64,000 nt of DNA, taken from a virus. Under the pieces are notes generated by a model. That model saw only the letters and a list, made by a program, of their open reading frames with translations, did no database searches and was not told the DNA's origin. Below are positions 18,555 through 28,152 of this stretch, one piece after another; the first letter of the stretch is position 1; each line of letters opens with the position of its first letter. The position numbers and the translations under genes are program-made. The stretch spans positions 5,927 to 69,926 of IMG/VR virus record IMGVR_UViG_3300042987_003836, one strand, 5' to 3'.

Positions 18555-20102
18555 TTATGCTCTGACATAAGGAACGACACAGATGACATCGCCCGTCTTG
18601 AGTGGGAACTCAAACTTGAGTGATGTGCTGCTTGTACCAGCGTAGTAGTCGTTACCAGAACCCGGGTAGAGTAGCTGACCGTTGAGATAAACGTCGTAAT
18701 CTTCGCCAAAAGTTCCAGCATCCATGTAAGGCAGAGCTACGTCGATGTTTGTGTCTGCAAGAGAAACGTTTGTATCAGCAGATACGTCGTTCTGAAGGAC
18801 TGAGTACACCTTGGGACGACGCTTTGCCTGATAGATTCCTTGAATAAGAGAAACTTCTCCACCAAATGCTGTCTCAAACTCATCCCATTCGCCCGAAGCA
18901 TCTGTCAGCTTGATTCCGGAAGCTCCCCAGGTTGATCCTGCCTTGTTACCGTCGCTGAGGAGGAGCTCTCCTGCACCGATAACTGTGAGATCGTCTGTTC
19001 CCGTGGTCTCAATGACGCCAGCTGTGACACCCACGTCGATCTCAGTTCCTGCCGTATCAAACTTAACTCCTTCAGAGAAGTCAACATCAACGGCATTGAC
19101 ATCGAGGTAGTCGACGTCCGAAGAGATAGAAATGGTAGTATCGCTGCTGCTGCTGCCTTCGTCGATCTTGAAGACCGTGGCGTTATTGTTGTCTCTGATT
19201 TCCCAGTAGAAACCGGAGCCAATATCAAGAACAGCATTGCTTGCGACCTCAACAGGCGAAGATCCTTGGTTGTCATAGGCATTCTGACGTGTCGTCGCGC
19301 TGGTCGAAGGGACGTCGATTTCTGCTCCGCGGAGGAAGTCCTGCTCGTTGAGGTCACCAAGCGCCTTTCTAACTGTCGAGACATAGTTGATTGCTTTGTT
19401 TTGAACAGCGGCGGCGGGAGCAGCTATAAGATCGTTACCAGCAACCGGGTCGACATAGACGAAAGAGATCTGAGCCCTGTGGTTGACGTCGTCGAGGGTG
19501 TGGCCATTTGTGCCGTCTTCAGTCTGAAGAAGACCGTAAATTATGTTGTTCTCGTAGAGAAGTGGATCTCTGTTCGATCCAGTGACGATCAACATGAGGT
19601 TCTTTGGACTGATAGCCGTGGCGCCCTGCACTTCGGCGAGAGAGTGAGTATCGAATGTTCCTGGGTGTTGAACAGCTACAGAACCGGTAAATTCTGTGGC
19701 TCCGAGGGCGACAACCTTTCCAATGCCAGCGGGGTTTGGTGCCTGGGTGGCTGTGTTAAGAACGACCCAGTTCTGCGAGCTTGGGACCGTGATGTCAACT
19801 ACACTCACATAGCTAGTGAGAACTCTCTTGCGCTCGAGACCGTGAAGGTCGTTGTTGAGTGCGTCAATACCGCGCTGTCTTCCATTTTCGAAAGAAGACG
19901 GCGTGTAAATGTTGTCATACCAATTGTCAGAGGGCATTGTGTCGCCATCTCTGTTGAGCATGTTTTGTATCTGAGAGCGAAGGTTGTTTAAGTCTTCCTC
20001 GAGTGAAGACGCTGACTCCCACAAAACGTCTGGTTCGATCTGATCGTCATAGACGTCAGAGTTTTTAATCTGAATTCCTTGCCTAATAAAAGTACGTGCC
20101 AT
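18555..20102 (-). CDS. Virion structural protein (acidic, beta-rich)
   Basis: 515 aa; C-terminal VYLNGQLL...DY domain; GC-rich codons; AGGAG SD. Confidence 0.7.
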   Translation of the reverse strand: MARTFIRQGIQIKNSDVYDDQIEPDVLWESASSLEEDLNNLRSQIQNMLNRDGDTMPSDNWYDNIYTPSSFENGRQRGIDALNNDLHGLERKRVLTSYVSVVDITVPSSQNWVVLNTATQAPNPAGIGKVVALGATEFTGSVAVQHPGTFDTHSLAEVQGATAISPKNLMLIVTGSNRDPLLYENNIIYGLLQTEDGTNGHTLDDVNHRAQISFVYVDPVAGNDLIAAPAAAVQNKAINYVSTVRKALGDLNEQDFLRGAEIDVPSTSATTRQNAYDNQGSSPVEVASNAVLDIGSGFYWEIRDNNNATVFKIDEGSSSSDTTISISSDVDYLDVNAVDVDFSEGVKFDTAGTEIDVGVTAGVIETTGTDDLTVIGAGELLLSDGNKAGSTWGASGIKLTDASGEWDEFETAFGGEVSLIQGIYQAKRRPKVYSVLQNDVSADTNVSLADTNIDVALPYMDAGTFGEDYDVYLNGQLLYPGSGNDYYAGTSSTSLKFEFPLKTGDVICVVPYVRA

Positions 20103-20175
20103 GGCTTTCTCCTAAAATCGCAGTCGTCAGCGATTCGAGCTAATTATTAATTAGCAAGCAAGTTTGCACATGATT

Positions 20176-21354
20176 TTAGAAAGGATATGTTGCTAACAGG
20201 TTGGAACCGACCTTAGGAATGTAATTCATTGTGACAATCTTGCCAGAAAGCGTGTAGTCGCCTATGGCGCTCTGTCGCTGAAGAACTCCGTCTACATACA
20301 GCATTAAAGATTCAGGTGGATTAGGAATCTCTGAGAGTTCAAATGTGTAATTGACCCCATTTGTCAGCCCAGAAGGTGTATCCATCCACTTGGTCGTGGT
20401 GGGCAAGAAATACAGGTAGGGATATGTTGCAAAAATATTTGAATTGGCTCTAGGGGCATAATTAAAAACAATTTGTTTGTTGGAAATAGTGTAGTCGTCA
20501 CTGTATCCTTGCTTTTGAAGAACACCGTTGACATATAGGAGAAGAGCCTCGTGAGGCTCAGGTTTTTCTGCTAGATCAAACACCATATTTGCACCAAGAG
20601 AAACGTCGCCGTCGGGCACCTCCATCCAGGAAGTCTTTATCAGAACATTTGTACCATAGGTGGTTGGTCCCTCGTTGGCAGCAGCGTCTATTACTTCGTT
20701 TGACATCCTTCCGACATAGACAAATGCTCGGGCGAAAGCTGGTATCTTGCTTGCGTTGTAGTCCTGTATGAAAAGAATGCCGTTGTAATAGTCTACATTC
20801 CAGTCAATATTGTCGAGAAGCGGTATTTCATCTCCCGCAGATCCTGCATCATCCTTGTATAGAGTTACAATGTATGGATTGGGAGCGTTCTGGGAAAAGA
20901 ACGGAGGAATTAATTGTGCCTGTCCGAGAGTCTCATGCAGATATTTGAGGTTTTCGAAAACACCATTGCCAGACTTTGTATTGTTAGTAAGCGTCTGATA
21001 GTTTGCAGGAAATCTAAACATATACGCGTGGGGCCCTGCAGTCTGAGAAGCCTCACCTGTATCGGAACCTGAGCCACCGCCCGCATTGTTGGCGTCATAA
21101 GTTGTTCCTGCGACAGGAACTAGTTCAAATTCAACATATTCTACACTTGGAAACGCGCTTCCAATTCCTTGAACCGTGTAAAGCGTCTGAGATGGAGAGC
21201 TAGGTATTCTGTCTCCAAAGATGATGTTAGTGGCAGCCTGGATGTTGGATCCGATGACTTCTTCACCGTCTATCTTTAAGTTAGACGTGTGTGCCTTGCC
21301 TAAAAGTTTCTTTTGGGCAAATAGAGTTGCGCTTGTATCGGTTTTACCTGCCAT
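20176..21354 (-). CDS. Virion structural protein with two C-terminal LYVNGVLQ...DYT domains
   Basis: Tandem WM.xPxG...F.L...P.P.E.L.LYV(N/D)GVLQ...DYT(I/L)S...ATYP. Confidence 0.7.
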   Translation of the reverse strand: MAGKTDTSATLFAQKKLLGKAHTSNLKIDGEEVIGSNIQAATNIIFGDRIPSSPSQTLYTVQGIGSAFPSVEYVEFELVPVAGTTYDANNAGGGSGSDTGEASQTAGPHAYMFRFPANYQTLTNNTKSGNGVFENLKYLHETLGQAQLIPPFFSQNAPNPYIVTLYKDDAGSAGDEIPLLDNIDWNVDYYNGILFIQDYNASKIPAFARAFVYVGRMSNEVIDAAANEGPTTYGTNVLIKTSWMEVPDGDVSLGANMVFDLAEKPEPHEALLLYVNGVLQKQGYSDDYTISNKQIVFNYAPRANSNIFATYPYLYFLPTTTKWMDTPSGLTNGVNYTFELSEIPNPPESLMLYVDGVLQRQSAIGDYTLSGKIVTMNYIPKVGSNLLATYPF

Positions 21355-21355
21355 G

Positions 21356-24300
21356 TCAACTCCAGCTAATGCTTATCCTTTCGAGATAACCTGTCCAGTC
21401 TTTGTGAGCTGTAATTCTAACAATGACGCGTTGAGCGCTGGGTGATGCTGTTCCGTTTGCAGTAACTCCGTTGAAAGTACAAGTATTTTGTGCTCCTCCG
21501 GCGCCAATAGAAGATATTAAATCTCCGCTTAGGCAACCAGAATCGTCCGACCAATTACCAGATCCGGCACTTGGTCTTGCAAGATCCATGAAGCCGGTCT
21601 TTCCAGGTACACATACGTGTACCTGTATGTTCTTATTTGCTCCTAAAGAACCAGCATTGGGTCCATTTTTAGCAACTAGCGTTGCGTCGCCGTATAGAGT
21701 CACTTTTATGCTTGGCCGATCATCGGTCGTGTTATTTCTAAAATATCTTAAATAAGTCCGGGTGGAATTGACAAGCGTACTATAATCTACGTTTCCTGAA
21801 GGAGATTCAATAGACCCACCTTCTTTGTGATTCCTAAAGTCTCCGCCTTCGCCGCCGTACTTTGGAGCCATCAAAAATCTATCATAAATCAAGAGGCCTG
21901 TTGCATGTCCTGGGTTGTTCGTAGGATCATTTATGGAGACAGTGGAATCCCATGCATTTCCGCTTGCAACGACAACAGATTGCGTTGCATACGTAGTGTC
22001 AACAATCCTATAGATTTCTCCGGTAAAATAGCATTCAGTACTTTCATTGCTGCTTGCATTGCTGGGGGTCCAAACCAAAAGTTTTGTCGTTGATTGAACA
22101 GGTGTCGTAACTGAAGCCTTGAATGGATGCACAAATGTCATTGCTCCACCGCATCCATAAGAAGTTGTTCGAGATCCCGGGAGAGACTTGGAAGGAGTGA
22201 AATTTATTGTTCCTACAACTTCCGTGTCTTCATTCTGGCTGTCTGTATTGGTGTTTAATGTTTGCAAACTAGCTGCAGAAGAATTGGTCACCTTGGTGCT
22301 GGTGATACCGGTGCCGCTTTGTACTATTTTTGCAGCCGATGCATTCGTTAAAGACGTAAAAGATATTGCAGTGGCGCTACTGGTGTATACGTTTCTGTAT
22401 ATATTAGAAATCTTTGTATGTATGCTCCCAGAGGGAGAATTGAAATACTTGACTCCGCTAACATACGAAAAAGAATCATCTCCGAATATACTGAGAGAAT
22501 TCTCACTAGAAGACATCGAGGTAGAGTCAACTTCGTTCACCCATTCAACGTAGTTGGTCACTCTGTCGATAGCGTCGACGGAATGAACAACCCTCAGGTA
22601 ATTCCACCCGTTCTGCTGTTCGGCAGGTACGACTCTGTACCTTCCTGTGCGTTGTATTTCAGAATACCTGGGAACTCCATTGTCAAACATCCCGGGAGAC
22701 CAGGTGCTAACTGATATAAATCCGGACCCATTACCATTAACGCTTGTACCAGATCCAGCACCAGGAGAACCGACACCAGCATAGCTAGACAAGTCTATTG
22801 AATGAACAGTGCTACCATTTACTTCAAGACGTAATACTCCAATATTTCCGTCAGAAAAAGCGTTGTCTACGTAATCTCTACCGGGAGATGCTACAGCTTC
22901 ATTTAAGTCACCTTCCATCGTAGGAATAGTCGTAAAAATTCCTCTTCGAAGATTGTTACCAGAAGTTGCTACTCCATATACTTCATTTAATCCCGTTGCA
23001 GAAAATCCCGCATTTGTATCAGGATTTGTATAACTTGCTATCGACTTAGTCGATCCAAAAGAGAGAACTGCAGACGACCCTATGTTGTCAGAATCAATAT
23101 TGTATAGATCGGGAACAGGTGTGAGCGTTCCCGTACCAGCTCCAAAAGTCACGGACATCAAGGATACGTTGCCCGTCCAGGTAGCGTCAGCTTCTATTTT
23201 TACGACGATATATTCGTTACTGTCAATTGAAAGATTTCCAAGATTCAGGTAATTTATTGCGCTTAAGGAGGAATTGAAAGAAAGTATTCCGTTGCTTGTG
23301 TGCAAGCCTGATCCGTCGCCGTAGCTTGCACCAAAGACGTAAGGCAGGGCAACATCCATCCAGCCTGTCTTTCCAGGTATTTTGACGGAAAGCTTAATTC
23401 TAGACGCGTTTAAAGACGTAGATGAATCTACTATTGTAGAAGATCCGTTCAACGAGAGCGATAAGTCGTATTGACTTACTCCTGTGCTATTTAAAAACTT
23501 TCTATAGAAAGTTCTCGTTCCGGTAATCGTAGAGTAGTTGGGATTCCCAGAGGGACCATGAGACATTCCAAGAAAATTACCGCCATTTACTGTGTTCTTC
23601 GGGGACACAAGCAGCTGATTGTAGAATTGCAATCCATCTGAGTAACCAGCTGTAGAAAGCATATGAATGCTTGAATCCCAAGAATTTGCAGAATCTGCAA
23701 CAGCCGCTTGCGTGTCATAAGAACCTGCCTTGAGTCTGTAATTTTCTGCCCTAAATGTTTCAATTAAATTACTAGAAGTGTTCGTAAGCTTGTAAATAAG
23801 AATCTGTGAAACAGAATATCTTCCGCCGTTTACTATTGAAGCCTTTAGTGGATGTGAAACATTGACCCCGACTTCTACGCTTCCATTTAAAAAATAATCA
23901 GCGATTAAATTTGACTGAGATGAAACGTTGAGAACTTTTGTATGATTTTCTCCCGCTGATATGTCTATTGTAGACTTTGACTGAGACGGGAACGAATAAT
24001 ATAAGTTGGATGCTGCATTTGACGTATTTGTCGCCGTCAAAGTAACATTGCTAAGGTCGTAAACATATTTGTAATGATTATAAATTTTTACATTGTAACT
24101 AAGACTTGCAGCGTTGTAATACTCAACACCAGAAAGCTTGGTGGATCCGTCTCCAGTAAAAGACAGACTGCCACCAGATGCCTGTAAGGTTGAACTATCA
24201 TCATCGTTGATCCATTCAACGTAATTTGTTTGGTATTGAGTGGCACCTACAACGTGGACTACTCTAGCATAGTTCCAACCTCTTCTCTGGTCTGCTACGC

Positions 24301-25177
24301 CTATCTGATATTTTCCTGTCCTGTGCTTGAAAGCAGGAAATTCTACTGACGTAGAAAGATAAGCGCTTCCCGCGGAAGACAGATTGATAAATCCTGATCC
24401 GTTAGCGTTGAGATGAGTGCCAGTTCCAGCTCCGGGAGAACCGGCTCCTATTCCTGCAGAAGATAAATTTATGCTATGAATCAGAGTGTTGTTGACATAG
24501 AGCCTTAACTCTCCCGTGTCTCCATTACCAAATGCCTTAGAAACATAGTTGACAACTCCTGTATTGAAGACGTTTGATGATACGTTATTGTTTAAAATAC
24601 CGTTGATGATGGTATCTTTCTTGTATATTCCTTTTCTTATATTGTCACCGGATGTAGCTGGTGCGTATGATCCATTTACGTCTACAGCTGAGAATCCTGC
24701 AGCTGTATTGCTTGACACATATGAGGGAAGATATCCGCCTCTGTCGTTAGAGGCGCCGAAAGAAAGATATGCAGTTACCCCCGAACTATTCTCACAGTTA
24801 GCATTTCTCAAATTTGGGGCGGGAGGAGGTGCAAGAGCAAGAAGAATCTCATTAAATCTATCGATTGGTGTCCCAATGGGTGTAGATGGAGTGAAGTCCT
24901 TGAATAATCCGTCTTCATAAGAACCATCTTCTGCTGGGCCTATTACACTGCCGTCAGCGGCTGTGGCTGAGATCGTTATAGCTCCCGTTGCGCCGCCGTC
25001 AGTAAGCGTTATTCCTGTTCCTGCAGTTAAAATTCTTGCACTTGCAGGAACGTCGGCGCCTTCGACAGACAGGACAACAAATGGCGTATTGGTAACGTGC
25101 TCATCGAGTTGATCGTGAGTTTTTGTACCTATGTTGCCTAATTCTTTGTGGTCATCTATGACTCTATAGGCCGTCAT
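21356..25177 (-). CDS. Large virion protein made of two tandem domains of about 570 aa
   Basis: Duplicated motifs LSFG, GSPGAG, NGSGFI, GWNY.RVVH, TNYVEW.N, SGV.Y, PGKTG.MD. Confidence 0.75.
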   Translation of the reverse strand: MTAYRVIDDHKELGNIGTKTHDQLDEHVTNTPFVVLSVEGADVPASARILTAGTGITLTDGGATGAITISATAADGSVIGPAEDGSYEDGLFKDFTPSTPIGTPIDRFNEILLALAPPPAPNLRNANCENSSGVTAYLSFGASNDRGGYLPSYVSSNTAAGFSAVDVNGSYAPATSGDNIRKGIYKKDTIINGILNNNVSSNVFNTGVVNYVSKAFGNGDTGELRLYVNNTLIHSINLSSAGIGAGSPGAGTGTHLNANGSGFINLSSAGSAYLSTSVEFPAFKHRTGKYQIGVADQRRGWNYARVVHVVGATQYQTNYVEWINDDDSSTLQASGGSLSFTGDGSTKLSGVEYYNAASLSYNVKIYNHYKYVYDLSNVTLTATNTSNAASNLYYSFPSQSKSTIDISAGENHTKVLNVSSQSNLIADYFLNGSVEVGVNVSHPLKASIVNGGRYSVSQILIYKLTNTSSNLIETFRAENYRLKAGSYDTQAAVADSANSWDSSIHMLSTAGYSDGLQFYNQLLVSPKNTVNGGNFLGMSHGPSGNPNYSTITGTRTFYRKFLNSTGVSQYDLSLSLNGSSTIVDSSTSLNASRIKLSVKIPGKTGWMDVALPYVFGASYGDGSGLHTSNGILSFNSSLSAINYLNLGNLSIDSNEYIVVKIEADATWTGNVSLMSVTFGAGTGTLTPVPDLYNIDSDNIGSSAVLSFGSTKSIASYTNPDTNAGFSATGLNEVYGVATSGNNLRRGIFTTIPTMEGDLNEAVASPGRDYVDNAFSDGNIGVLRLEVNGSTVHSIDLSSYAGVGSPGAGSGTSVNGNGSGFISVSTWSPGMFDNGVPRYSEIQRTGRYRVVPAEQQNGWNYLRVVHSVDAIDRVTNYVEWVNEVDSTSMSSSENSLSIFGDDSFSYVSGVKYFNSPSGSIHTKISNIYRNVYTSSATAISFTSLTNASAAKIVQSGTGITSTKVTNSSAASLQTLNTNTDSQNEDTEVVGTINFTPSKSLPGSRTTSYGCGGAMTFVHPFKASVTTPVQSTTKLLVWTPSNASSNESTECYFTGEIYRIVDTTYATQSVVVASGNAWDSTVSINDPTNNPGHATGLLIYDRFLMAPKYGGEGGDFRNHKEGGSIESPSGNVDYSTLVNSTRTYLRYFRNNTTDDRPSIKVTLYGDATLVAKNGPNAGSLGANKNIQVHVCVPGKTGFMDLARPSAGSGNWSDDSGCLSGDLISSIGAGGAQNTCTFNGVTANGTASPSAQRVIVRITAHKDWTGYLERISISWS

Positions 25178-25234
25178 CCATTAATTTCCTGTGTTTAATA
25201 TACTAACTTTTCTCAAATAGTATGGCAATGAAAG

Positions 25235-25270
25235 AAAAATGACACCCTGCAAAAAACAGAGGTCATTTTT
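25235..25270. terminator. Possible bidirectional terminator
   Basis: AAAAATGAC...GTCATTTTT imperfect inverted repeat in an intergenic gap. Confidence 0.35.
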
Positions 25271-25299
25271 AAAGACATGACATTTCTAGCTGCTAAGTA

Positions 25300-25521
25300 T
25301 CACATACCTGCAATGATTGCCTGAATTGCAACCTTAATTCTCTCTTGAAGCTCTTTTGGAAGAGAAGACAGAAGAACGTAATCTTCTGCAGTAAGAGAAG
25401 TTTGAGGTACTCCTCCGCCAATGTAGCTGTTATTGTTAGAAATAATAGCTCTGATTACAAGTGGTGCAGGTCCTTGTGTAGCAGCAAAAACCGGATTATA
25501 TAAATTTGCCTTGTTATCCAT
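25300..25521 (-). CDS. Hypothetical protein
   Basis: 73-aa ORF starting 1 nt after the upstream ORF's stop. Confidence 0.65.
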   Translation of the reverse strand: MDNKANLYNPVFAATQGPAPLVIRAIISNNNSYIGGGVPQTSLTAEDYVLLSSLPKELQERIKVAIQAIIAGM

Positions 25522-25522
25522 C

Positions 25523-25702
25523 TTATCCCTTTAGGAGGGTCTTGCCCTCATTGAGAGTCTTATTCACAGTTGCAAGCTGTGCTCTAAGATTCTCTAGCTC
25601 GGTTCTTAAAAACTCAGTGGAACCACCTTCTTGCTCTGCCTTGAGGAGTGCTGCCTCATATACACTGATCTTCTCACAAATTATCTCGCGCGTCGCTGAC
25701 AT
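25523..25702 (-). CDS. Small coiled-coil protein (59 aa, below the ORF-track cutoff)
   Basis: Manual translation MSATREIICEKISVYEAALLKAEQEGGSTEFLRTELENLRAQLATVNKTLNEGKTLLKG; AAGGAG SD. Confidence 0.7.
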   Translation of the reverse strand: MSATREIICEKISVYEAALLKAEQEGGSTEFLRTELENLRAQLATVNKTLNEGKTLLKG

Positions 25703-25722
25703 AAAAAATCTCCTTGATGAAA

Positions 25723-26472
25723 TTATATATCAAAACCAAGCTTTTTGATGGTACCTGTTAAGCCATCCCAGTCTTTAACGGATTGTAAAACAAATTCTCT
25801 TTGTTGCTCAATCGTTGTGTTCTGGTTGTTCAAGCGTATTAAAAGCACATTTCGTTTAAGTGCTTCCTCTTCTTCAATTGAATCTCTTAGTTTCGTTGCC
25901 TCGAAGTTGTGCCCTTCATGAACTTTTTCAAAGTGCCAAATTCCATCAGATTCAATCCATACTTTTTTATCTTGTGAAACAATATCAACATCAAAGATGA
26001 TGTCCTGGGTTTTAACAACATGATGTCTTTTAAATCCAAGATATCTAAGAGATTCTGCGAGTTCCCTTTCAGGTTTTGATGAAGATCTTCTACCTGAAGT
26101 GAATCTGGATATTACTGACTTCAATAGCTTCGGATTGTCCTCGTACGTCCTCTTGAGAGTCTCTCCTCTTTTCGTGTTTGATTCTTCGGAGAATTCTCTT
26201 GATTTCCAACATTTTGGAGAGCAAGTCAGTCTCCCTTTATAGGCACGTTCAGGAGAAAATGAAACATCAAATGATGTTCCACATTTGCAATGTCTAGTCT
26301 CTGTGACAATTGTCTTTTCACCAAACCTTTTCAAGTTGGACGATCGAGTTGATTCTCTCATCCTTTCGAGACCTTCAGGAGAATATTTTTCCTCCTTGTG
26401 GTTCCACCTGACATGGTTAGCTTTCTGCTGAAAATTATTAAATTCTTGATTGCAAATCTCGCACACTCTCAT
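25723..26472 (-). CDS. Zn-finger + PD-(D/E)xK (DUF559/Vsr-like) putative homing endonuclease
   Basis: CEIC..H...H finger, CKCG/CSPKC, SKPERE, VDI...IESDGIWH; start MRVCEIC at 26472. Confidence 0.7.
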   Translation of the reverse strand: MRVCEICNQEFNNFQQKANHVRWNHKEEKYSPEGLERMRESTRSSNLKRFGEKTIVTETRHCKCGTSFDVSFSPERAYKGRLTCSPKCWKSREFSEESNTKRGETLKRTYEDNPKLLKSVISRFTSGRRSSSKPERELAESLRYLGFKRHHVVKTQDIIFDVDIVSQDKKVWIESDGIWHFEKVHEGHNFEATKLRDSIEEEEALKRNVLLIRLNNQNTTIEQQREFVLQSVKDWDGLTGTIKKLGFDI

Positions 26473-26512
26473 AAGAGTAATTATACTCAACTTGAGTGGA
26501 GGTGACAAAAAT

Positions 26513-26889
26513 TGGTGGAGGTGGGGGGAATCGAACCCGCCGTCCGCCACACGTCTTCAAACGCCATCGTCCACAAGCTTGGGATCCGTTTATCGACCGG
26601 ATCCTCGTCTAGATGATTTCACGATTCTTTCTCGGGCCGTTGAATCATCACCTCACCCAAGTCCAGGCACCACCCTCCTAGACGATCCACCCTCAACAAG
26701 AAGGGTAACTACATTGTTCGGGACATTCTGTTTCTAGGTCGTCCCTACCCATTGCTCAGGCCGCGTGGGCGAGAGCAGCGTAGCCGTTGTCGTTGGCAAC
26801 TGAACGTCACTTGGGTTTTGGACCGGTCCCTCGTGCACCGGTGCTTGCTGGTGTTCGCTTCTGTGCGCCGTCGAAACCTTTACACCCCC
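26513..26889 (-). ncRNA. ssrA: tmRNA (one-piece, 377 nt), tag (A)NDNGYAALAHAA*
   Basis: 5' GGGGGTGTAAAGGTTTCGACGG; 3' GGGTTCGATTCCCCCCACCTCCACCA with T-arm and encoded CCA; acceptor stem GGGGGUG/CACCUCC with the G3-U alanine determinant; tag frame 26797-26756. Confidence 0.95.
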
Positions 26890-26894
26890 GAATC

Positions 26895-27170
26895 TTACTT
26901 CTTGGAAGTAGCTTCCTCCTTCGTTTTTGGCATACCCTTGAGCACTTCCTCGTTCTGTTGCTCAAGATCCTTAATCTTCTTAGCTTGCATCTCTTCCCAT
27001 GCCTGGAATGACGATGCAACGTCCTCATCGTGTAATTTACTCAAAGCGATGAGGATTCCTGTTCTAAACTTGTTGAGAAGCTTCTCATCGTCCTCAGGGA
27101 AGAGCATCTGGTTCTTGGTGAGAGTCTCAAAAGTGTGGAGAAGTTCGTGTGGATCGAAGGAAATATTCAT
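26895..27170 (-). CDS. Hypothetical protein
   Basis: 91 aa; ATGA-coupled to the upstream ORF; ends 5 nt before the tmRNA. Confidence 0.65.
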   Translation of the reverse strand: MNISFDPHELLHTFETLTKNQMLFPEDDEKLLNKFRTGILIALSKLHDEDVASSFQAWEEMQAKKIKDLEQQNEEVLKGMPKTKEEATSKK

Positions 27171-27751
27171 TCTTCTTTCTCTCCCGATGAGAATCCGACG
27201 ATCTGAGCAGCAGGGAAGAATCTCTTCCAGGACTTAGACAGCTTCTCAAACTTGAATTCATGCCATTCTTCTCCATCAAACAGAGCAACACAATTGTTAG
27301 ATACAACAATCTTTGATACTGTCTGTATGATTACGGTTCCCTCATCAAGAAGAGCATCAACAAAATCAGACTCTCCGACATCTTCAAATTCAAGAGAAAT
27401 AGTTGATCCGTCAGGAGAAGTTACCTTCAAAGGAGAAAGATCAGAAATATCATTGGGTGATACAAAGACGTCAATTGGATCCTCATCATCCTCATCATCC
27501 TCATCATCCTCGACATCTACATCATCCTCATCATCCTCATCATCCTCATCATGATCGTGATCATCGTTATCAGTTTCATCCTCGACATCTACATCATCAT
27601 GATCGAGGTGCTGTGTGATAAAGTCTTGCATTCTCTCTTGAAGAGATGCAATATGATCAACATCAATAAATTCCAACTTAACACCGTCAGAATTGACGTA
27701 TGCAAAGAGAATGGAATGCAACATTAAAGCGTCAGACTTATCGAGCTTCAT
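27167..27751 (-). CDS. Hypothetical protein with a long Asp/Glu tract
   Basis: 194 aa; GGGAG SD. Confidence 0.7.
   Translation of the reverse strand: MKLDKSDALMLHSILFAYVNSDGVKLEFIDVDHIASLQERMQDFITQHLDHDDVDVEDETDNDDHDHDEDDEDDEDDVDVEDDEDDEDDEDPIDVFVSPNDISDLSPLKVTSPDGSTISLEFEDVGESDFVDALLDEGTVIIQTVSKIVVSNNCVALFDGEEWHEFKFEKLSKSWKRFFPAAQIVGFSSGEKEE
27478..27603. repeat. 9-bp coding tandem repeat (EDD)n with a duplicated DDVDVED block
   Basis: Repeated TCCTCATCA units; TCCTCGACATCTACATCATC occurs twice. Confidence 0.85.
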
Positions 27752-27768
27752 TTAAAATCTCCCGTTAT

Positions 27769-27795
27769 AAAAAAGGGGAGGCCAAAGGCCTCCCC
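27769..27795 (-). terminator. Intrinsic terminator
   Basis: GGGGAGGCC-TTT-GGCCTCCCC followed by T6 on the minus strand. Confidence 0.85.
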
Positions 27796-27809
27796 GTATT
27801 ACCACACTC

Positions 27810-28076
27810 TCAGTACGACTTGTCTGTTGCCTGATAATGCTTCTGAAGAGTACGATAGAGTGTACGTGCCGTTCGACCGTCGAATCGAAGCGTATTGCCT
27901 TCCGACGTGTAGATCGAGAGACGCGTCGAATCATTCCGAGGATCGGTGCTAACAGTCACATTAACACTGTCTTCATCGCGGCGGAAAGTCTCCGTGCGAA
28001 GATTTCCCTTGCGATCCTCACGGGTACGAATCGATGCGTTCTTGTTCTGAGAAACGGTGTTCTTCTTGCTTGCCAT
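27810..28076 (-). CDS. Small basic protein, possibly nucleic-acid-binding
   Basis: 88 aa; own promoter, AGGAG SD and terminator; GC-rich codons. Confidence 0.75.
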   Translation of the reverse strand: MASKKNTVSQNKNASIRTREDRKGNLRTETFRRDEDSVNVTVSTDPRNDSTRLSIYTSEGNTLRFDGRTARTLYRTLQKHYQATDKSY

Positions 28077-28122
28077 AGTCTAATTTCTCCTGAAGGCATA
28101 TTAGTGATGCCTCGTTGGATTA

Positions 28123-28152
28123 ATCTTAGACACACGTAGTGGTCATGTTCAA
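28123..28152 (-). promoter_or_regulatory. Sigma70-like promoter TTGAAC-N18-TAAGAT
   Basis: Preceded by a T-tract (UP-element-like); upstream of 27810..28076. Confidence 0.5.

Noticed and set aside
26513-26545. Possible stand-alone tRNA
   Set aside because: It is the tRNA-like 3' domain of the tmRNA; the matching 5' strand is about 350 nt away and there is no anticodon arm
26473-26550. 5' extension of the endonuclease ORF given in the track
   Set aside because: Overlaps the tmRNA 3' end; MRVCEIC at 26472 has its own -10 element and begins the Zn finger
27403-27618. His-Pro-rich ORF resembling a metal-binding peptide
   Set aside because: Antisense reading of the GAT/GAG acidic repeat
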